DNA of 63,678 nt, counting the filler, from Craspedostauros australis (Eukaryota): NCBI GenBank assembly GCA_030167865.1. It is 11 parts of 11 records of this genome, joined end to end, with 100 filler letters (N's around TTAATTAATTAA, not from the genome) between each part and the next. Parts side by side here need not be neighbours in the genome. Positions count along the whole stretch, not along the records: positions 18,078 to 31,504 come from JALAGF010006152.1; positions 31,605 to 36,563 come from JALAGF010006153.1; positions 36,664 to 45,728 come from JALAGF010006154.1; 8 more parts are not named here. One strand, given 5' to 3'. The translations under genes and the position numbers were made by a program. Shown here one piece after another: positions 25,959 through 39,235 of this stretch (positions are counted from its first letter, which is position 1; the number at the start of each line of letters is the position of its first letter). The notes beneath the pieces were generated by a model that was not told the origin of the DNA, did no database searches, and saw only the letters and a list, made by a program, of their open reading frames with translations.

Positions 25959-28900
25959 TGTCAGTGTCGTGAGTGTGCGGTGTGTATGATTTGGTGCTGA
26001 TGATGGATTCAAGACTACGGAGCTGTGATGTTGTTTGTTGTGTCAGCTATTGCTGCTGTCAATGATGTCTGTCATTGTACATGTGTACAGATGCCAACAC
26101 CCCCATGCTTGTGGTAGCTAGTGGAACCAATTCACTCTTTCATACAGAGAAGACTGGGATCACCACACTCCACTGGCGGCATTCACCGGCGAACGTAGAA
26201 TGATGGAATACATCCCATGAGTAGGTCCGTANNNNNNNNNNNNNNNNNNNNNNNNNNNNNNNNNNNNNNNNNNNNNNNNNNGAGTAGGTCCGTATGTCAA
26301 AAGAACAGAATCACAGGCATCTGCTTGTTGCACAGATCCAAAGCATTGGGGTTGGATGACACATCGGCAATGAGGATGAGATCTCTGTCCACCGAGTCGC
26401 AGACCGCATTTGTGTGTATATCGATATGCCTGGAGTTCCTTGGCGGTTGGTTGGCGTTTGCCATCATTCTGGCGCCTCGGTTGTCCTTGTAGATNNNNNN
26501 NNNNNNNNNNNNNNNNNNNNNNNNNNNNNNNNNNNNNNNNNNNNGTTGTCCTTGTAGATAAGTATGGCATGCTGTTGGCGCATGCTGATCTTGTCCAGGA
26601 TGGACCGAAACCAGAGCACCATATTGCCATTGTTGCTGGTGACAATGAACTCGGCTTTAGAGGTAATGAGAGAAACAGTGGGTTGGACACAGGTTTTCCA
26701 CGCAACAGCAGGGCTGCCAAGAAGCAACACAATGTCTCTGGTGAATTTGCAATGCTTTGTATTGGCACCCCAATCGGCGTCCATGTATACATGTAGCAAA
26801 GTTGCCTGGATGGTGGCCTGGTCCGTTGGGCTGTGCCGCTTGTTGTTGGCAGGCAAGAGTTGTTTCAGTGCTGGCACATCTGCAAGCTGCGGAACAGGAG
26901 ACAGTCGCCAGTAGGTGATCCCAAAGTCCCTGGTGGATGCAACATACCTGAAGAGGTATTTGACGGCTTTGTAGTGTACACGTGCAGGGTTCATCAAGAC
27001 TTGGCTTGGCTTCACCACAGGGAAGGAGATGTCAGGGTGCCAGGAAACCATGGCCCAGATGAGCTTGCCAATGGCTCAGTGGTAGCTGAAGGACTTGGAT
27101 TGCAGACCATGATGCTTGGCTTCCATGTTGGGTAAGACTTCCTGATCTAATTGCCACACATGTCCATTGTCTGTGCGCATGGGTAGGCGTTGTGTAGACT
27201 TCAATCCATGCCAATCGTGTCGCTTGAGCACCTTGTCGATGTATGTGGAGCAGTGCACATTCACATGTCGTCGGGTCTGAGTGAGATCCAGTCCATTGTA
27301 GTGTGCAAACAGACCGTACCAAGTGATGGGATGGTTCAGCCGAGCATCGAGCATGTCACAGAACTCCTTGTAAAAGGTCTCATCCTTGGTTGCCACCGCA
27401 AAGTTTTCCACCTGCCAGGGCATGTACGCATTGTGGGTGTGAAGGTTTCCAATCTGCAAACATGGTGCTTGAGTTGTTGCATGGACCCCATGTCCTTGAG
27501 TAGCCAATTGGTATGCAGACTCCACTGTAGCAGTGCTTCAGGATGCCCTGTAGATTCTTGAGAACAGGCACAACCATGTGTTGACCCAGAACAACATCAT
27601 GATTGTGCTTCCACTAGCTGCAGAACTGATCATCGATTTGCATGTAGTGACGTTGTGCGCTGGCAGGCGCTTTGGCGACTGCATTCGCGATGCCAGCTCC
27701 GTACACGAGCAGTCCTTGCACTTCAGCAATGGCCACCAAGATGCGGAACTCCGTGAGGTCAGGAGTAGCAGCGTATGTGTGACCAAATATGTGCACATTG
27801 CCTCCCCAGGTGGACCCATCACAAATGGCACAAGCTTTTTACAGTTGCTCCCATGTGTCTTTACGACGCCGAACCAAACCCAGTTGAAGACTGCCATGCC
27901 TGATTGTGCCTCAATGGGCTCGCAGAACATGCCTTGGTGATGACATTGCTCCATTTTCTTGAGTTTGACTTGTTGCTCCTCATCTCAATCATCGCGCTGG
28001 AGCAGTTTGCGCCAGGTGGGCTTCGGAGCAGCCTCCACTTGACATGCAGTTGGTGAGATGTGATCGAGGATGGAGCCGATATGCCCAAGTTGGTCAAAGT
28101 ACATTTGTGGAACACCGTGCTGTGTGATGGAGTTGCGAATATTGTTGAATACAAAGACCACATTGCTTGCATCCAGTACAGCCTGGGTGAGATCCGGCAG
28201 CGAGCAGATATCATGGTCACTGATGACCAGCAAGTAGGCACTCTTGAGCCAGGATCTCCACTGCAGAATGCGCGCTGCAGTCGAACCTGGCTTGCATTGT
28301 GTGAGACGCAGACGTCCTCAGAGCTCATCAGACACAAATTCCAACCCTGCAGTTGGATCGTTTCCGGAGAGGCGAATGTGCTCATGGAATGCCCTTTGGT
28401 AGGGATCCACAGTCATGCGAACGATGTAGGCACTGTCAACAGAGCGTGCTGCTGCAGCTGCATGGAGCATGTCATTGTCATGTGTACTGTAGTTGGTGCA
28501 CTCGATAGGAAGGCGTATGATCATCCGTCTTGGCTTTCTCAGCACCTGAACCATGTATGCCGTTGCCATCGTGAGACAGTTGAAACCCAAGGTTGAGCAG
28601 AAGTTGTGGTCCTGGCGGACGTTCATGGACAGAGAAGTGGGCCTCATCAAAGATCAGGTTGCCAGCAGTCTTGATACGCCCCGAATCCAAGTTGAAATAT
28701 TCCTGGAGCGAGGGTGTGGCAGTATGACCAACAAAGATGCCGTTGTAGGTGTGGATGTCCAGCTTTGCGGCAGGATGGCCAGGCTTGCACATAACCACTC
28801 TGGAACTAAGACTTGCAGGTGGCTCAGGTTGGGCTTGATGCCATGCGGAAGCTGGTATGGAGTGGCGTTAATGATGGAGTGCCAAAGCCTATTCTTGACA

Positions 28901-31504
28901 TACACTGCATGTGCAAGGGTACAAACCTGGAACTTGGGATGCAGGCCTGAGGAGTACTTCAGTGATCTGGCCATCACACCAAAGGTGCGGTTGAGTCCCT
29001 CAACCTTGCCATTCATCCAAGCGCATCTGGCCCCAGTGGGTTCGAGAGTGTATCCCGCAGACCGGACGACCTCCTGGAAGGCACTCGATCATGCAAGCTC
29101 GCCACCAGTGTCGACCCTCACCGCCTTGCAACCATCCTTGCAACCAAACTCATGAAGCAGGTTGGCAAATATGTCCACAGGTGGGGATCTGGTCTTGGTA
29201 GGGGAACCCCTAAGTGTACCAAGTGCACACATCAGTGACAAGAAAGTACAAGTGTACCCTTCAAGAGGCTGGACCACCTGTTCGACTTGGCAGAGTTGCG
29301 TGACGACGCCTGTCCGTACTGAAGATCGGACGACCACATGAAGCCGTAGTCAGCATGGAATCTTGCACCAGTGGAGGGAACAGGGCTGCCATCTTGAGGT
29401 CCTTGAGGATCTGTCTGACACTGGGCTTGGCTGCATGTAGCACAATGCCGCATTGGATGTGCACAGTGGNNAGGAGGCCTGGAATACCAGAACAGTGCAT
29501 ATGGAGCCACTTCATGTGCGACATACCAGCGCAGCCCAGGCACATATGCCAGAGCTCCGCGCTGAGTAATAGAGCTAAACTAGTAACCATCTTAGTGAGA
29601 GAGACTACGAATCATCCGACTCGTCAGTATTCCAGTAGGTCGAACGGACACTTCGCCGACCCCCACGTTTGGAGACAGATCCAGAACCTTGAAGCGGATC
29701 TTCGGAATTCGTGTCAGGGAACCAATGNNNNNNNNNNNNNNNNNNNNNNNNNNNNNNNNNNNNNNNNNNNNNNNNNNGACACTTCGCCGACCCCCACGTT
29801 TGGAGACAGATCCAGAACCTTGAAGCGGATCTTCGGAATTCGTGTCAGGGAACCAATGGGGCTCTGATAACCAAGTTTCTGACACCCACCATCGCCAAAA
29901 CGCTGACGCACGGAACCAAAGCCACAACAACGCGCATCATCGCCCATTGTCTCTCACAGAACTCAGACAACGGATCTCGACCCACGGTACTTGGGCTACA
30001 CAACCCACACGCATTGTCATACAGGACACCACAGGAGATCCCCCTCGAAGAGAAGAACCATAGCACTAATCTCATAATCCGCACGTTTCTTCACCATCTA
30101 CCAGTATTCTCAATTGACTACTTGTGGAACAGAAGACTCACATTCGGACCGCTTGCCAGTCAAGCCTCTACAGCCTACAGCTAAAGAACAGCCAACAAGA
30201 CAACAGCCATTACGTTTGGGCTCTATTACTGAGTGCAGGCAGTGCACGCTGGACAGCGAACGCAGTTAGCTTGACATCATCATTGGTACTGAAGAAGTAG
30301 AGTCTGTTGCAACGACGCGTGGGCGCATCAATGGAACACCTGTGGCCATGGAAGGAGAGAACATACCCTGATGGACCGTCATGGAGCACATAGCACACAA
30401 AGTCATTGTCCTGCTGGCGAACAATGGCCTGCAACAAGACAAATTCTCAGCCAGATCAGGGCAGAGCATTGTGTTGGCCTAAATCACTCCACTGCACAAG
30501 CTGGGAATGGTGAGAGTGCTTTCTCTCTGGCATACCATACAGGTCGCACTGGCATTAGCTGCAGCCAGTGGGACAACATTGGTGTACCACTGATAGTCTT
30601 GGAGGATAGACCAGTCAGGCGTAGCACTGACGTTTGCACAAGGATATCATTCCCCCACATTGTCTATAGGGTTTCATGCATGCACCGTACTTCCAGAAGA
30701 CGGAGCAAGTGAACAGCGCAAGTGTGGGCAACTACAAAGGTGGCCAGCTTTGACAGAGTGATCTCTGGAGGGACAGACTGTGTGAACGAGGGCACTTCAT
30801 CAAGCGAATGTACTGCCTGTGTCCTGCTAGCGCATGGTGATAAAATATGCCGTTCGTCAAGAATTGTGCCCGATCCTGACCAGCAGGCCAAAATCGTGTT
30901 TAAGGGCATCCTGAATCGCATCAGACAAGATGAGATCAGAGAAGTCGCCGTCACCATGGTTCCTGAAGTGCTGTAGAGCATGAGCAGTTGCCTTTGACCT
31001 GTTGCAACCAAAGTGGGTGCAATAGCTTTTGTGAATCTTGTTGGCCTCATCAGGATGCTCTTGCACAAAGTGCATGAGATGGATGGTGCGCCCAAAGGCT
31101 TTGCACATACATGCCTTGTATCCCATGTAGCAACATGCTTCGCAGAAGGCATCTAGATTGGGCTTGTAGAAGGTATTGTGCCGCCTGTGTGACCAACTGT
31201 TGTCCTGTCGGTCGCCTTGTCCGCCACAACTACTGTGGGTTTGAGTGCAGTGGGCCTTGAGTGAAACAGCACTGCCAGGGGGATCTACAATTCTTGGGCA
31301 AGATGCTCGGCATGCAGATTGAAAGGCAGTGCCTTGGGCGATGTCACAGTGCGCAGCATGGTGTGGTAATGCTCCAGCATGTACCCGTGCTCACGCAGAT
31401 CCTCGAGAGAGATAGGACTCAGGTTTGTCGAGATGTACATGTGAGTATATGTCAAGATGTACGTGTATATGTGCATCGTTCACCCGTTATTCTCTCATAC
31501 GCAC
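25959..31504 (-). mobile_element. Degenerate Ty1/copia family C (many stops and frameshifts), with a probable 141-bp 3' LTR at 25959-26099
   Basis: Fragments LWHMCLGC, VRVDTGGELA, NGKVEGLNRTFG, IFDEAHF, YMDADWGA, SLITSKAEF; G-tract then TGTTGGCATC at 26099 on the minus strand. Confidence 0.85.
29567..30228 (+). mobile_element. Solo LTR of family A nested in family C, 5-bp TSD CTGAG
   Basis: CTGAG at 29562-29566 and 30229-30233; ends TAATAGAGC...GCTCTATTA; ~530 bp after removing the 50-N gap and 81-bp overlap. Confidence 0.95.
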
Positions 31505-31604
31505 NNNNNNNNNNNNNNNNNNNNNNNNNNNNNNNNNNNNNNNNNNNNTTAATTAATTAANNNNNNNNNNNNNNNNNNNNNNNNNNNNNNNNNNNNNNNN
31601 NNNN

Positions 31605-32327
31605 GCAGCGTTCATCGTGGAAGCCCACGAACCCAACGGACACGATGCGTTCCAGGCACTCGTGCGAACATACGAGTCGCCCGAACACAAAGCTGAAGCC
31701 ATCGTCGAAGAAGAACAGAAGATCGCCGAGCTCCGTTACGACGGATCCGAGCCCTTCCCAGTATTCGTCAACGCTTTCTCCAAATGCATCCGCGTCATGG
31801 AGCAGAACGGGAAGCAAATGACAGACCAACAGAAGATCGCAAAGTTCTTCCGCAACATCACGGACGATCGCTTCACGAGCGAGATGTCCAGATTCCGTCA
31901 CACGGAACAGTCCTTTTCCGCCATCCGGGAGGCATTCATGCAACATGATGCGCTCCTCGCGAAGTCGGAAGGGCACTACTCTCCCAAGCGCAACCGTNGC
32001 TACCANCAGAAGGACACCAAGGACGACCGCAAGAGGCCACGCGAATCCTCCAAGTGGGATCGCAAGGGCGCCGCATCATTTCGGTTGCCGGACTCCGTCT
32101 TCCGTCGCATGCCGGCGAGCACTCAAGTGCTCCTCGTCGAAGCGTCTCGTCACTTCCGTACCACCGGGAAACCAATCGATGAAGACACACTCAAGCGCAA
32201 CAAGCCAACAGAGTATGCGCGCAACCTCGAGTTGCCACTGACCCAGCGAGGACCCAAGCGGCCTCGCACGGGCGACCACAAGACCGGACGACCCGGCACC
32301 CAAGGACCATGGAACGCCGGTTCTTGA
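31605..32327 (+). CDS. Gag (5'-partial), family D
   Basis: NGHDAFQALVRTYE...LRYDGSEPFPVFVNAF...KIAKFFRNI resembles copia capsid; ends at TGA 32325-32327. Confidence 0.8.
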   Translation, partial: AAFIVEAHEPNGHDAFQALVRTYESPEHKAEAIVEEEQKIAELRYDGSEPFPVFVNAFSKCIRVMEQNGKQMTDQQKIAKFFRNITDDRFTSEMSRFRHTEQSFSAIREAFMQHDALLAKSEGHYSPKRNRXYXQKDTKDDRKRPRESSKWDRKGAASFRLPDSVFRRMPASTQVLLVEASRHFRTTGKPIDEDTLKRNKPTEYARNLELPLTQRGPKRPRTGDHKTGRPGTQGPWNAGS

Positions 32328-35300
32328 CAATCAAAGACGGGCACAACTCGCCGTCAGTCGGAGATTGTCATCCACCTCAAACCCCGCGACTGTAGGGGGG
32401 CGAGCGTGACGACCGCAGCGGGAATGCCCGGACGTGCACGTCCGGTGGCACCACAAGAGTCCCGTCCGTGCACAACCCACCCGACAGTGGAGCACTGCAT
32501 CCGAAGGGCAAGAGTAACGAACAATAGCCAAGGCTTTATCATCCTAGACTCAGGGGCGGACGGAGACATCGTTCATGCGTCGGGCTGGGAGGTGACCCAC
32601 ACACACCAACAAGAGTTTCGTGCCCGAGGGGCGACAATCAGCTCACCAATCGAGACATTCCAGATGGTTGACGCGGTGGCAGCATACGAGCCCCCATCAG
32701 GCGGCGTGATCCTCATCAAAGCGAACTACGTGGCTCTCGACAAGCATCCACAGCAGACGGAATCACTGTTTAACACACATCATATGCGCGCGTCCGGACT
32801 GAACGTCTACGATCGCCTAATCGAACATCAGGGACAGCAGCGGGTCTCATCGGACGACATCAGCATAACACTGGAGAACCATGACGGCAACACGCTCCGA
32901 ATTCCCATCAGAAAGCCGACAGCCCACGAGATGGCAACGGCGCAGCATATCATCATATGCGACAGACATCAGCGTCTACGACGCAACGCAGGTCGGGTCG
33001 ATTTCACACGAATCTTCCGGCACCTTCCGCCACACGTGGTGGAGAAGACAATGGCGGCGTCCACTCAGCTGGCAGATACTCCGATCGAGGCAGAGTCAAG
33101 GCTCATCCCGCGGCAGTATCGAGCGCAGCGAGCAGGAGTGCTGCAACCCAACAGGATCGACGGCAGAGTTGACACGGACACGTTCTTCTCCACCGTCCAG
33201 TCCATCCGGCACTACAAATGCTTTCAGCTGTTCTCGCACCAACAATCGAAATTCATCTGGGCGAAGCCATTGGGCCGCGAGGCCATGGCACCAGGGGCGC
33301 TCACGGACTTCATCATAAGCATCGGCGCTCCGGACCTACTCGTATCAGACAATTCGCAGGTGCAGTCGGGCAAGGCATGGAAAGCGGTCACATCCCGCTA
33401 TTTGATCAAGCACCAGTTCACTGTGCCCATGAATCAGAACCAGAATCACGCAGAACGGGCGATCGGCAATGTCAAGCGGCATGCATACCAGCTTCTGTGG
33501 GCCGCCTCGGCGCCACTCTCATTCTGGTGCTACGCTGTGCAACACGCGATCGACACTTGGAACTACACGGCAAAGGCGAGCCTCCAGTGGCGTACGCCAA
33601 TCGAGATTCTTCGAGGCAACACTCCCGACATCTCGATGTTTCGCTTCACGTTCTTCCAGCCCATATGGTTCTTCGAGCCCATGACCAAATTTCCCAACCA
33701 TCCATTCAAACCAGGGTACTTCCTTGGCATCGCATGGAACCACGGTGATCCATTCACCTACACCATATGGTCACCGCGAGGCGATGACATCACGAAAGGC
33801 ACCGCGCTTGTGCGCAACATCGTCAAGCCGCGTGTCGTCGAAGACGCCATCCCTCCACGCATCACCGACGCGGAGGTCAACCGCATCGCTCGGCTCGATA
33901 TCATCCACACCACTACGCGCGGCGAATCCGGCGAACGCGCCAGGACCAAGACATTGCCGGCGGAACTCGCTCGACAGGTCCGTGAGGCCATCGACGCGAT
34001 TGCTGTGCAGTCAGGGGCGGCGGCAGGTCCACCGGCGACGGCGACGCAGGAGGTCAGGGGCGTATCCGAGAATAACACGCCAGCAGGCACGGATGACCGA
34101 TGGTTCGGTCAGCCAAACATAATTCCCAACGACGGCGACAGGCCGGAACATAATGCGCACGGCGTCATCTCCGATGACGACGGCGACGCATCCACGGGTA
34201 CCATCTCTGAGGAGACCGATGACTCCGAAGTCACGGCGATGCCAGATCCTCCGGAGCACCGCTCTCAGGGGCGTGAGTCCTCTCTCATNGAGAGAGAGCA
34301 TGACGAGCTGTTCCGAAATCAGGTCGAAAACGAGAAATCTGACGACTTGGCAATCAACTCCATCCTCAGCCACGCATTCAGAGACGGACATCTACACTTC
34401 AATGTGCAATGGTCCAATACTGAAACGCAATGGTTCCGATATGACGTGATCCGAGCAGACCATCCCGAAATGGTAGCACGATACATCATTGACAACGAAC
34501 CACGACGCAACGGTCGACACAATCGACAATCGCAAGTCCTACTCAAGTGGGCGAAACATGCACTGCGAGCCATCAGGCGCAGAATCCGAAGAATCGAGCG
34601 AACTCGAGTCTTCACCATGGATGACGATGACAACATCATCATCATCAGACGAATCCGTCCAGGCAAGAAGAAGCCGAAACGAGACTACTTCGCCACTGTG
34701 TATCAATACGGTGTCGAGGTCCCACGCAACATGAAACATGCATTGCAACTGGATGAGGCCAACGGGGATCACCAATGGAGAGACGCAGCGAAGAAAGAAA
34801 TCGACGCATTGATCGAACTCGACTGCTTCACATTCCACCCATCAACATACCAACCACCAGCAGACTACCAGAGCACGAAACTCCGACTCATATTCGCGGT
34901 CAAGCAAGACCTGCGACGTAAGGGGCGCTTGGTAGCAGGCGGGCATCTCATCGAGCTGGCGGACAACATCCGAGTCTACTCTTCCACTGTCAAGTCGACA
35001 AGCGTCCGCATTCTCGATGCAATAGCAGATGCAAACAACCTGCAACAGCTATGTGGCGACGTCGGCAATGCATTCGTCAATGCATACACCAATGAGAAGA
35101 TCTATGCGACAGCAGGAAAGGCATTCGACGACAAAGAAGGACAAGTCATTGTGCTCAAGAAGGCACTGTACGGTCTTCGGTCGAGCGCTCAACGATTCCA
35201 TGCACACTTCGCTAATACTCTCTCATCAATGGGATTCACGCCATCACGGCATGATCAGGATGTATGGATCCAGCGCAGAGACGACTCTGGCTACGACTAC

Positions 35301-36563
35301 ATCTGTACCCACGTGGACGACTTCAAGATAGTCGCCAAAGACCCAGANCAGTACATGAAAGCGATCCAACAAGTCTACACAGTCAAAGANATCGGACCGC
35401 CGAANTACTATCTTGGCAACGATTATTCCAGGAACGCAAAAGGAAAATGGAGCGTCGGATGCGACAAATACATTTCCAATGCNCTGGACAAGATCGAACG
35501 GCTCCATGGGGAACTGCATGACCAACATGTGCCCATGAAGAGCAAGGATCATCCGGAAACGGATGATACACCACTACTAACACCTGACGAGCAACAACAG
35601 TTCCAGCAGCTCATCGGCATGCTGAACTGGGTTGTACAGCTCGGACGTTTCNNNNNNNNNNNNNNNNNNNNNNNNNNNNNNNNNNNNNNNNNNNNNNNNN
35701 NATGGATCCAGCGCAGAGACGACTCTGGCTACGACTACATCTGTACCCACGTGGACGACTTCAAGATAGTCGCCAAAGACCCAGACCAGTACATGAAAGC
35801 GATCCAACAAGTCTACACAGTCAAAGACATCGGACCGCCGAAGTACTATCTTGGCAACGATTATTCCAGGAACGCAAAAGGAAAATGGAGCGTCGGATGC
35901 GACAAATACATTTCCAATGCNNNNNNNNNNNNNNNNNNNNNNNNNNNNNNNNNNNNNNNNNNNNNNNNNNNNNNNNNNNNNNNNNNNNNNNNNNNNNNNN
36001 NNNNNNNNNNNNNNNNNNNNNNNNNNNNNNNNNNNCAGTTCCAGCAGCTCATCGGCATGCTGAACTGGGTTGTACAGCTCGGACGTTTCGACGTCGCATT
36101 TGCCACCTCTTCTCTCTCACGTTTCACATCGACACCGCGAAAAGGGCATCTCACGAGAGCACTTAAGATATGGGGATACCTCAAGAACAAATCCACGCTG
36201 AGAACCATGATCGACTCAAAACCTATCGCGTTCGAGAACTTCAATCCAGAATCGCCCAACCCGGAGATGGTTGCACAGATGAAGGAAGAGTACCCCGAAG
36301 CGGCTGAGGACATTGACGATCAGGCACCNNNNNNNNNNNNNNNNNNNNNNNNNNNNNNNNNNNNNNNNNNNNNNNNNNNNNNNNNNNNNNNNNNNNNNNN
36401 NNNNNNNNNNNNNNNNNNNNNNNNNNNNCTGGGGCGCACCCCAGTGCACTTCTCCAGCAAACGCCAGACATCAGTCGCAACATCAACATACGGAGCAGAA
36501 TTCAATGCAATGCGCTCGGCAACCGAGGAAATCATTGCACTCCGATACGCACTCCGATCTCTG
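32328..36563 (+). CDS. Pol, family D, in frame with gag after the TGA
   Basis: IILDSGADG, VDTDTFFS, LVSDNS, QNHAERAIG, YGVEVPRN, RKGRLVAGGH, GDVGNAF, ALYGLRSS, THVDD, SKRQTSVATSTYGAEF. Confidence 0.93.
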
Positions 36564-36837
36564 NNNNNNNNNNNNNNNNNNNNNNNNNNNNNNNNNNNNN
36601 NNNNNNNTTAATTAATTAANNNNNNNNNNNNNNNNNNNNNNNNNNNNNNNNNNNNNNNNNNNNCAACTGATGACAGAGACCCAGGTGTTTTGTAGTGGGA
36701 GAATGAAGAGTGGTGGTATTGATGGTGAGTACAGCCACATGTCCATGGTGGAGCTGTACAAGGTTATGGATCAGGATGAGGGTACAGCACAAGTGGATTC
36801 ATACATGGATCGGGCAACATTGGTGGACTTCGTCCGC

Positions 36838-38063
36838 TCAATGAGAACCAGCTCTATGAGAGCCAATTGATCCGAAGTGATTGTGGTGGACGGCACTGCC
36901 GAGGAGGAGGAGTGAAGTGTCAGACCATGCCATACCGTACCAGAAATCTTCCACAAGTGAACGCATGACAGAATTGAGTCGACGGATAAAACTAGTCGCC
37001 AGAATAGTCATTAGGACAGTAACTATGTGAAAGGAGGTGGAGCAATTTGTAATCCATTCATTCAATGGTGCGTCCGGCATGCCTTCACCGTCACCTTTGG
37101 TGATGTGCACAGCATGCTGCTCCATGCAGTCCCGTATCGTTCGCAGCACGGTTTGGCTGGGCCGCGAGATGCGCATGATCTTCTGTGCATGAATTGCAGA
37201 TGATCCTGGTTGGCATAAGGCACGTTGGTGTGCAGCATCATTGGCCAATGCGACAGGAAGAAGATGGTTCAGCCACCGCTGTCATCGCCGTGATCGTTGT
37301 TGCCGATCATATGGTTTCCACGTTCGTTGGTTTCGTGGGTGTGGAAGGAGTTGTGTGGGAAACGATGGCAGACCACGCTGGCGTCATGCATGGCTTGTTG
37401 GACTGGAATCCAACTTGACGAGGTGGAGCGTATTGCGACAGTTACCTTGTTGTTGGTGGTGGTGGTGGTGGTGGTGCTGCTGCTGCAGTTTGTGCACGAT
37501 GTCGCGCAGGGCACGCATGTATGCCAGCAGCTGCATGGTTTTCGATAGGTATGGCCGACAAAGATGACGAGCAATGGGAGAAGTTGCCAACGTCATTGNN
37601 NNNGATTTCAATAATGGTGGATCCAAGGAGACAGTGCCTCTGTCTCATCGTTTGCGGTTTGTGGTGGCGACGTATCGCTTCGAGCATCGGTATGAGCAGG
37701 CGTGGCTGGTTGTGGTGCGTGTAGTGGGGACTGAGGAACATCTCCAAACTGATGGCTCTGTTGGTCTCGGGAAAGTCGCTGCGTCCAATCTTACAGATGA
37801 ATCCATCCAATATGTGCTGAATCTCCGTTTCAGACAACGCATCGGACGTTTATGTGGGTGGGCGCCGCTGCTGATGACTTGAATCCAGACCGCACCACGG
37901 GCCATGGCATTTCTTGCCGTTGCTGTTGGCACTGTTGTTGGTGCTGTGATTTCCCATGTCTCAAGATCTTCTCTACTCCGGAGCAGTTGGTTTGACATCT
38001 TCCTTTCGGATGTCGCTGAGTGATGTGACAAGTTTGGGAACGCTGTTCATCACTGCTCGTCAT
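36838..38063 (-). pseudogene. Possible fragmented hypothetical gene
   Basis: Several successive minus-strand ORFs with protein-like composition and trinucleotide runs; no recognisable domain. Confidence 0.25.
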
Positions 38064-38083
38064 TCATCATCAGCGTCATTCAT

Positions 38084-38114
<31 letters not shown>

Positions 38115-39235
38115 ATCATCGTTGGCATCATCACAGTCTCTTGCCATCACCGCCTTCGTTGATTCTGGTTGGCATGCCATATTTTGCGCAGCCGCTGCTT
38201 GCTTGATTACTTCATTGCTTCATTGCTTTGCTGCTTGACGGACAACGTCTCAGTGTTGGCTGATACCTCCATCAATGCAAACATAGTCAAGCCATTTCAT
38301 CTCTCTTGCTCTCTCTTTCTCGCTCTCTCGTTGTGTTGAAGTCGCTTGATGGATCATGGGTGCAAAATCGAAGATTCGTTGTTTTGGGTGGTGTCAAGAA
38401 TTGTTGGCGCGTTTGTTGAGTACTCGTCTGTCTGCCATCCGTAGTTCATTCAACCAATGACACGCACGTGCACTCACAACGAACATCACCTCTGTGTTGT
38501 CTTCATTCGACGCAACTCTGTTCGACGATGACGATGGCGACCCCTCCAACGGCGCCGCATCCCTTCACAATTGGTACCACCGACGCAAACGCAAACACAA
38601 ACAATCAGACAAGATGACAAAGCATCGACATCCAAGAGGAACTGTGGGAAGGCTCGCCAGTTGCTCCGCATCTTGACCCACCCGTTGTACAACTATGAGT
38701 CTGGAACCTCCCATGAGTATGATCTACTCTGGGAGTTGCCACAACAAAGCGTCCAGCCTGATAGGTACTCTGTTCGAACCTTCATGAGGTCATGGCCATC
38801 GAAGTTGATGTTGATGGAAGAGGAGGGTGTCAGACTGATAGCAGAGAAGCAAACGGAGACCAAGCAATCGCATCAGGCCGACACGAAATTGAAGGCGAGC
38901 AAGCCCACAAGCGTCGCCAATGAGGCCAAAGCAGCTGCAAAATCAGGTCGTCGTGCGAGTGTCAGCACAGATACACCAAGCAGTGCCAATAGAAGCACAG
39001 CAAAAGATGCGAAAGCTTCAGCTGTGAAACAATCACATGCGAAGAGTCTGGACATGCTCAACATGCAAGCTCATGACATGCAAGCTCATGAGATGTCATT
39101 CAGCTCCCTTGATCCCAGCAAGTTCATCAACAACGAACTGATGCCTGTGCCAAACACCCCAGGTGGACTCAGCTTCGCCACAGCCCCAGCACTTGGCACA
39201 ACCGGCGAATGGAGCAGCCAAGACAAGACGAAGCT

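Larger units (their letters stand above)
31605..36563 (+). mobile_element. Ty1/copia family D (CoDi-like) internal region, apparently intact copy
   Basis: gag followed by pol with PR, IN, chromo-like domain, RT and RNase H. Confidence 0.93.
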
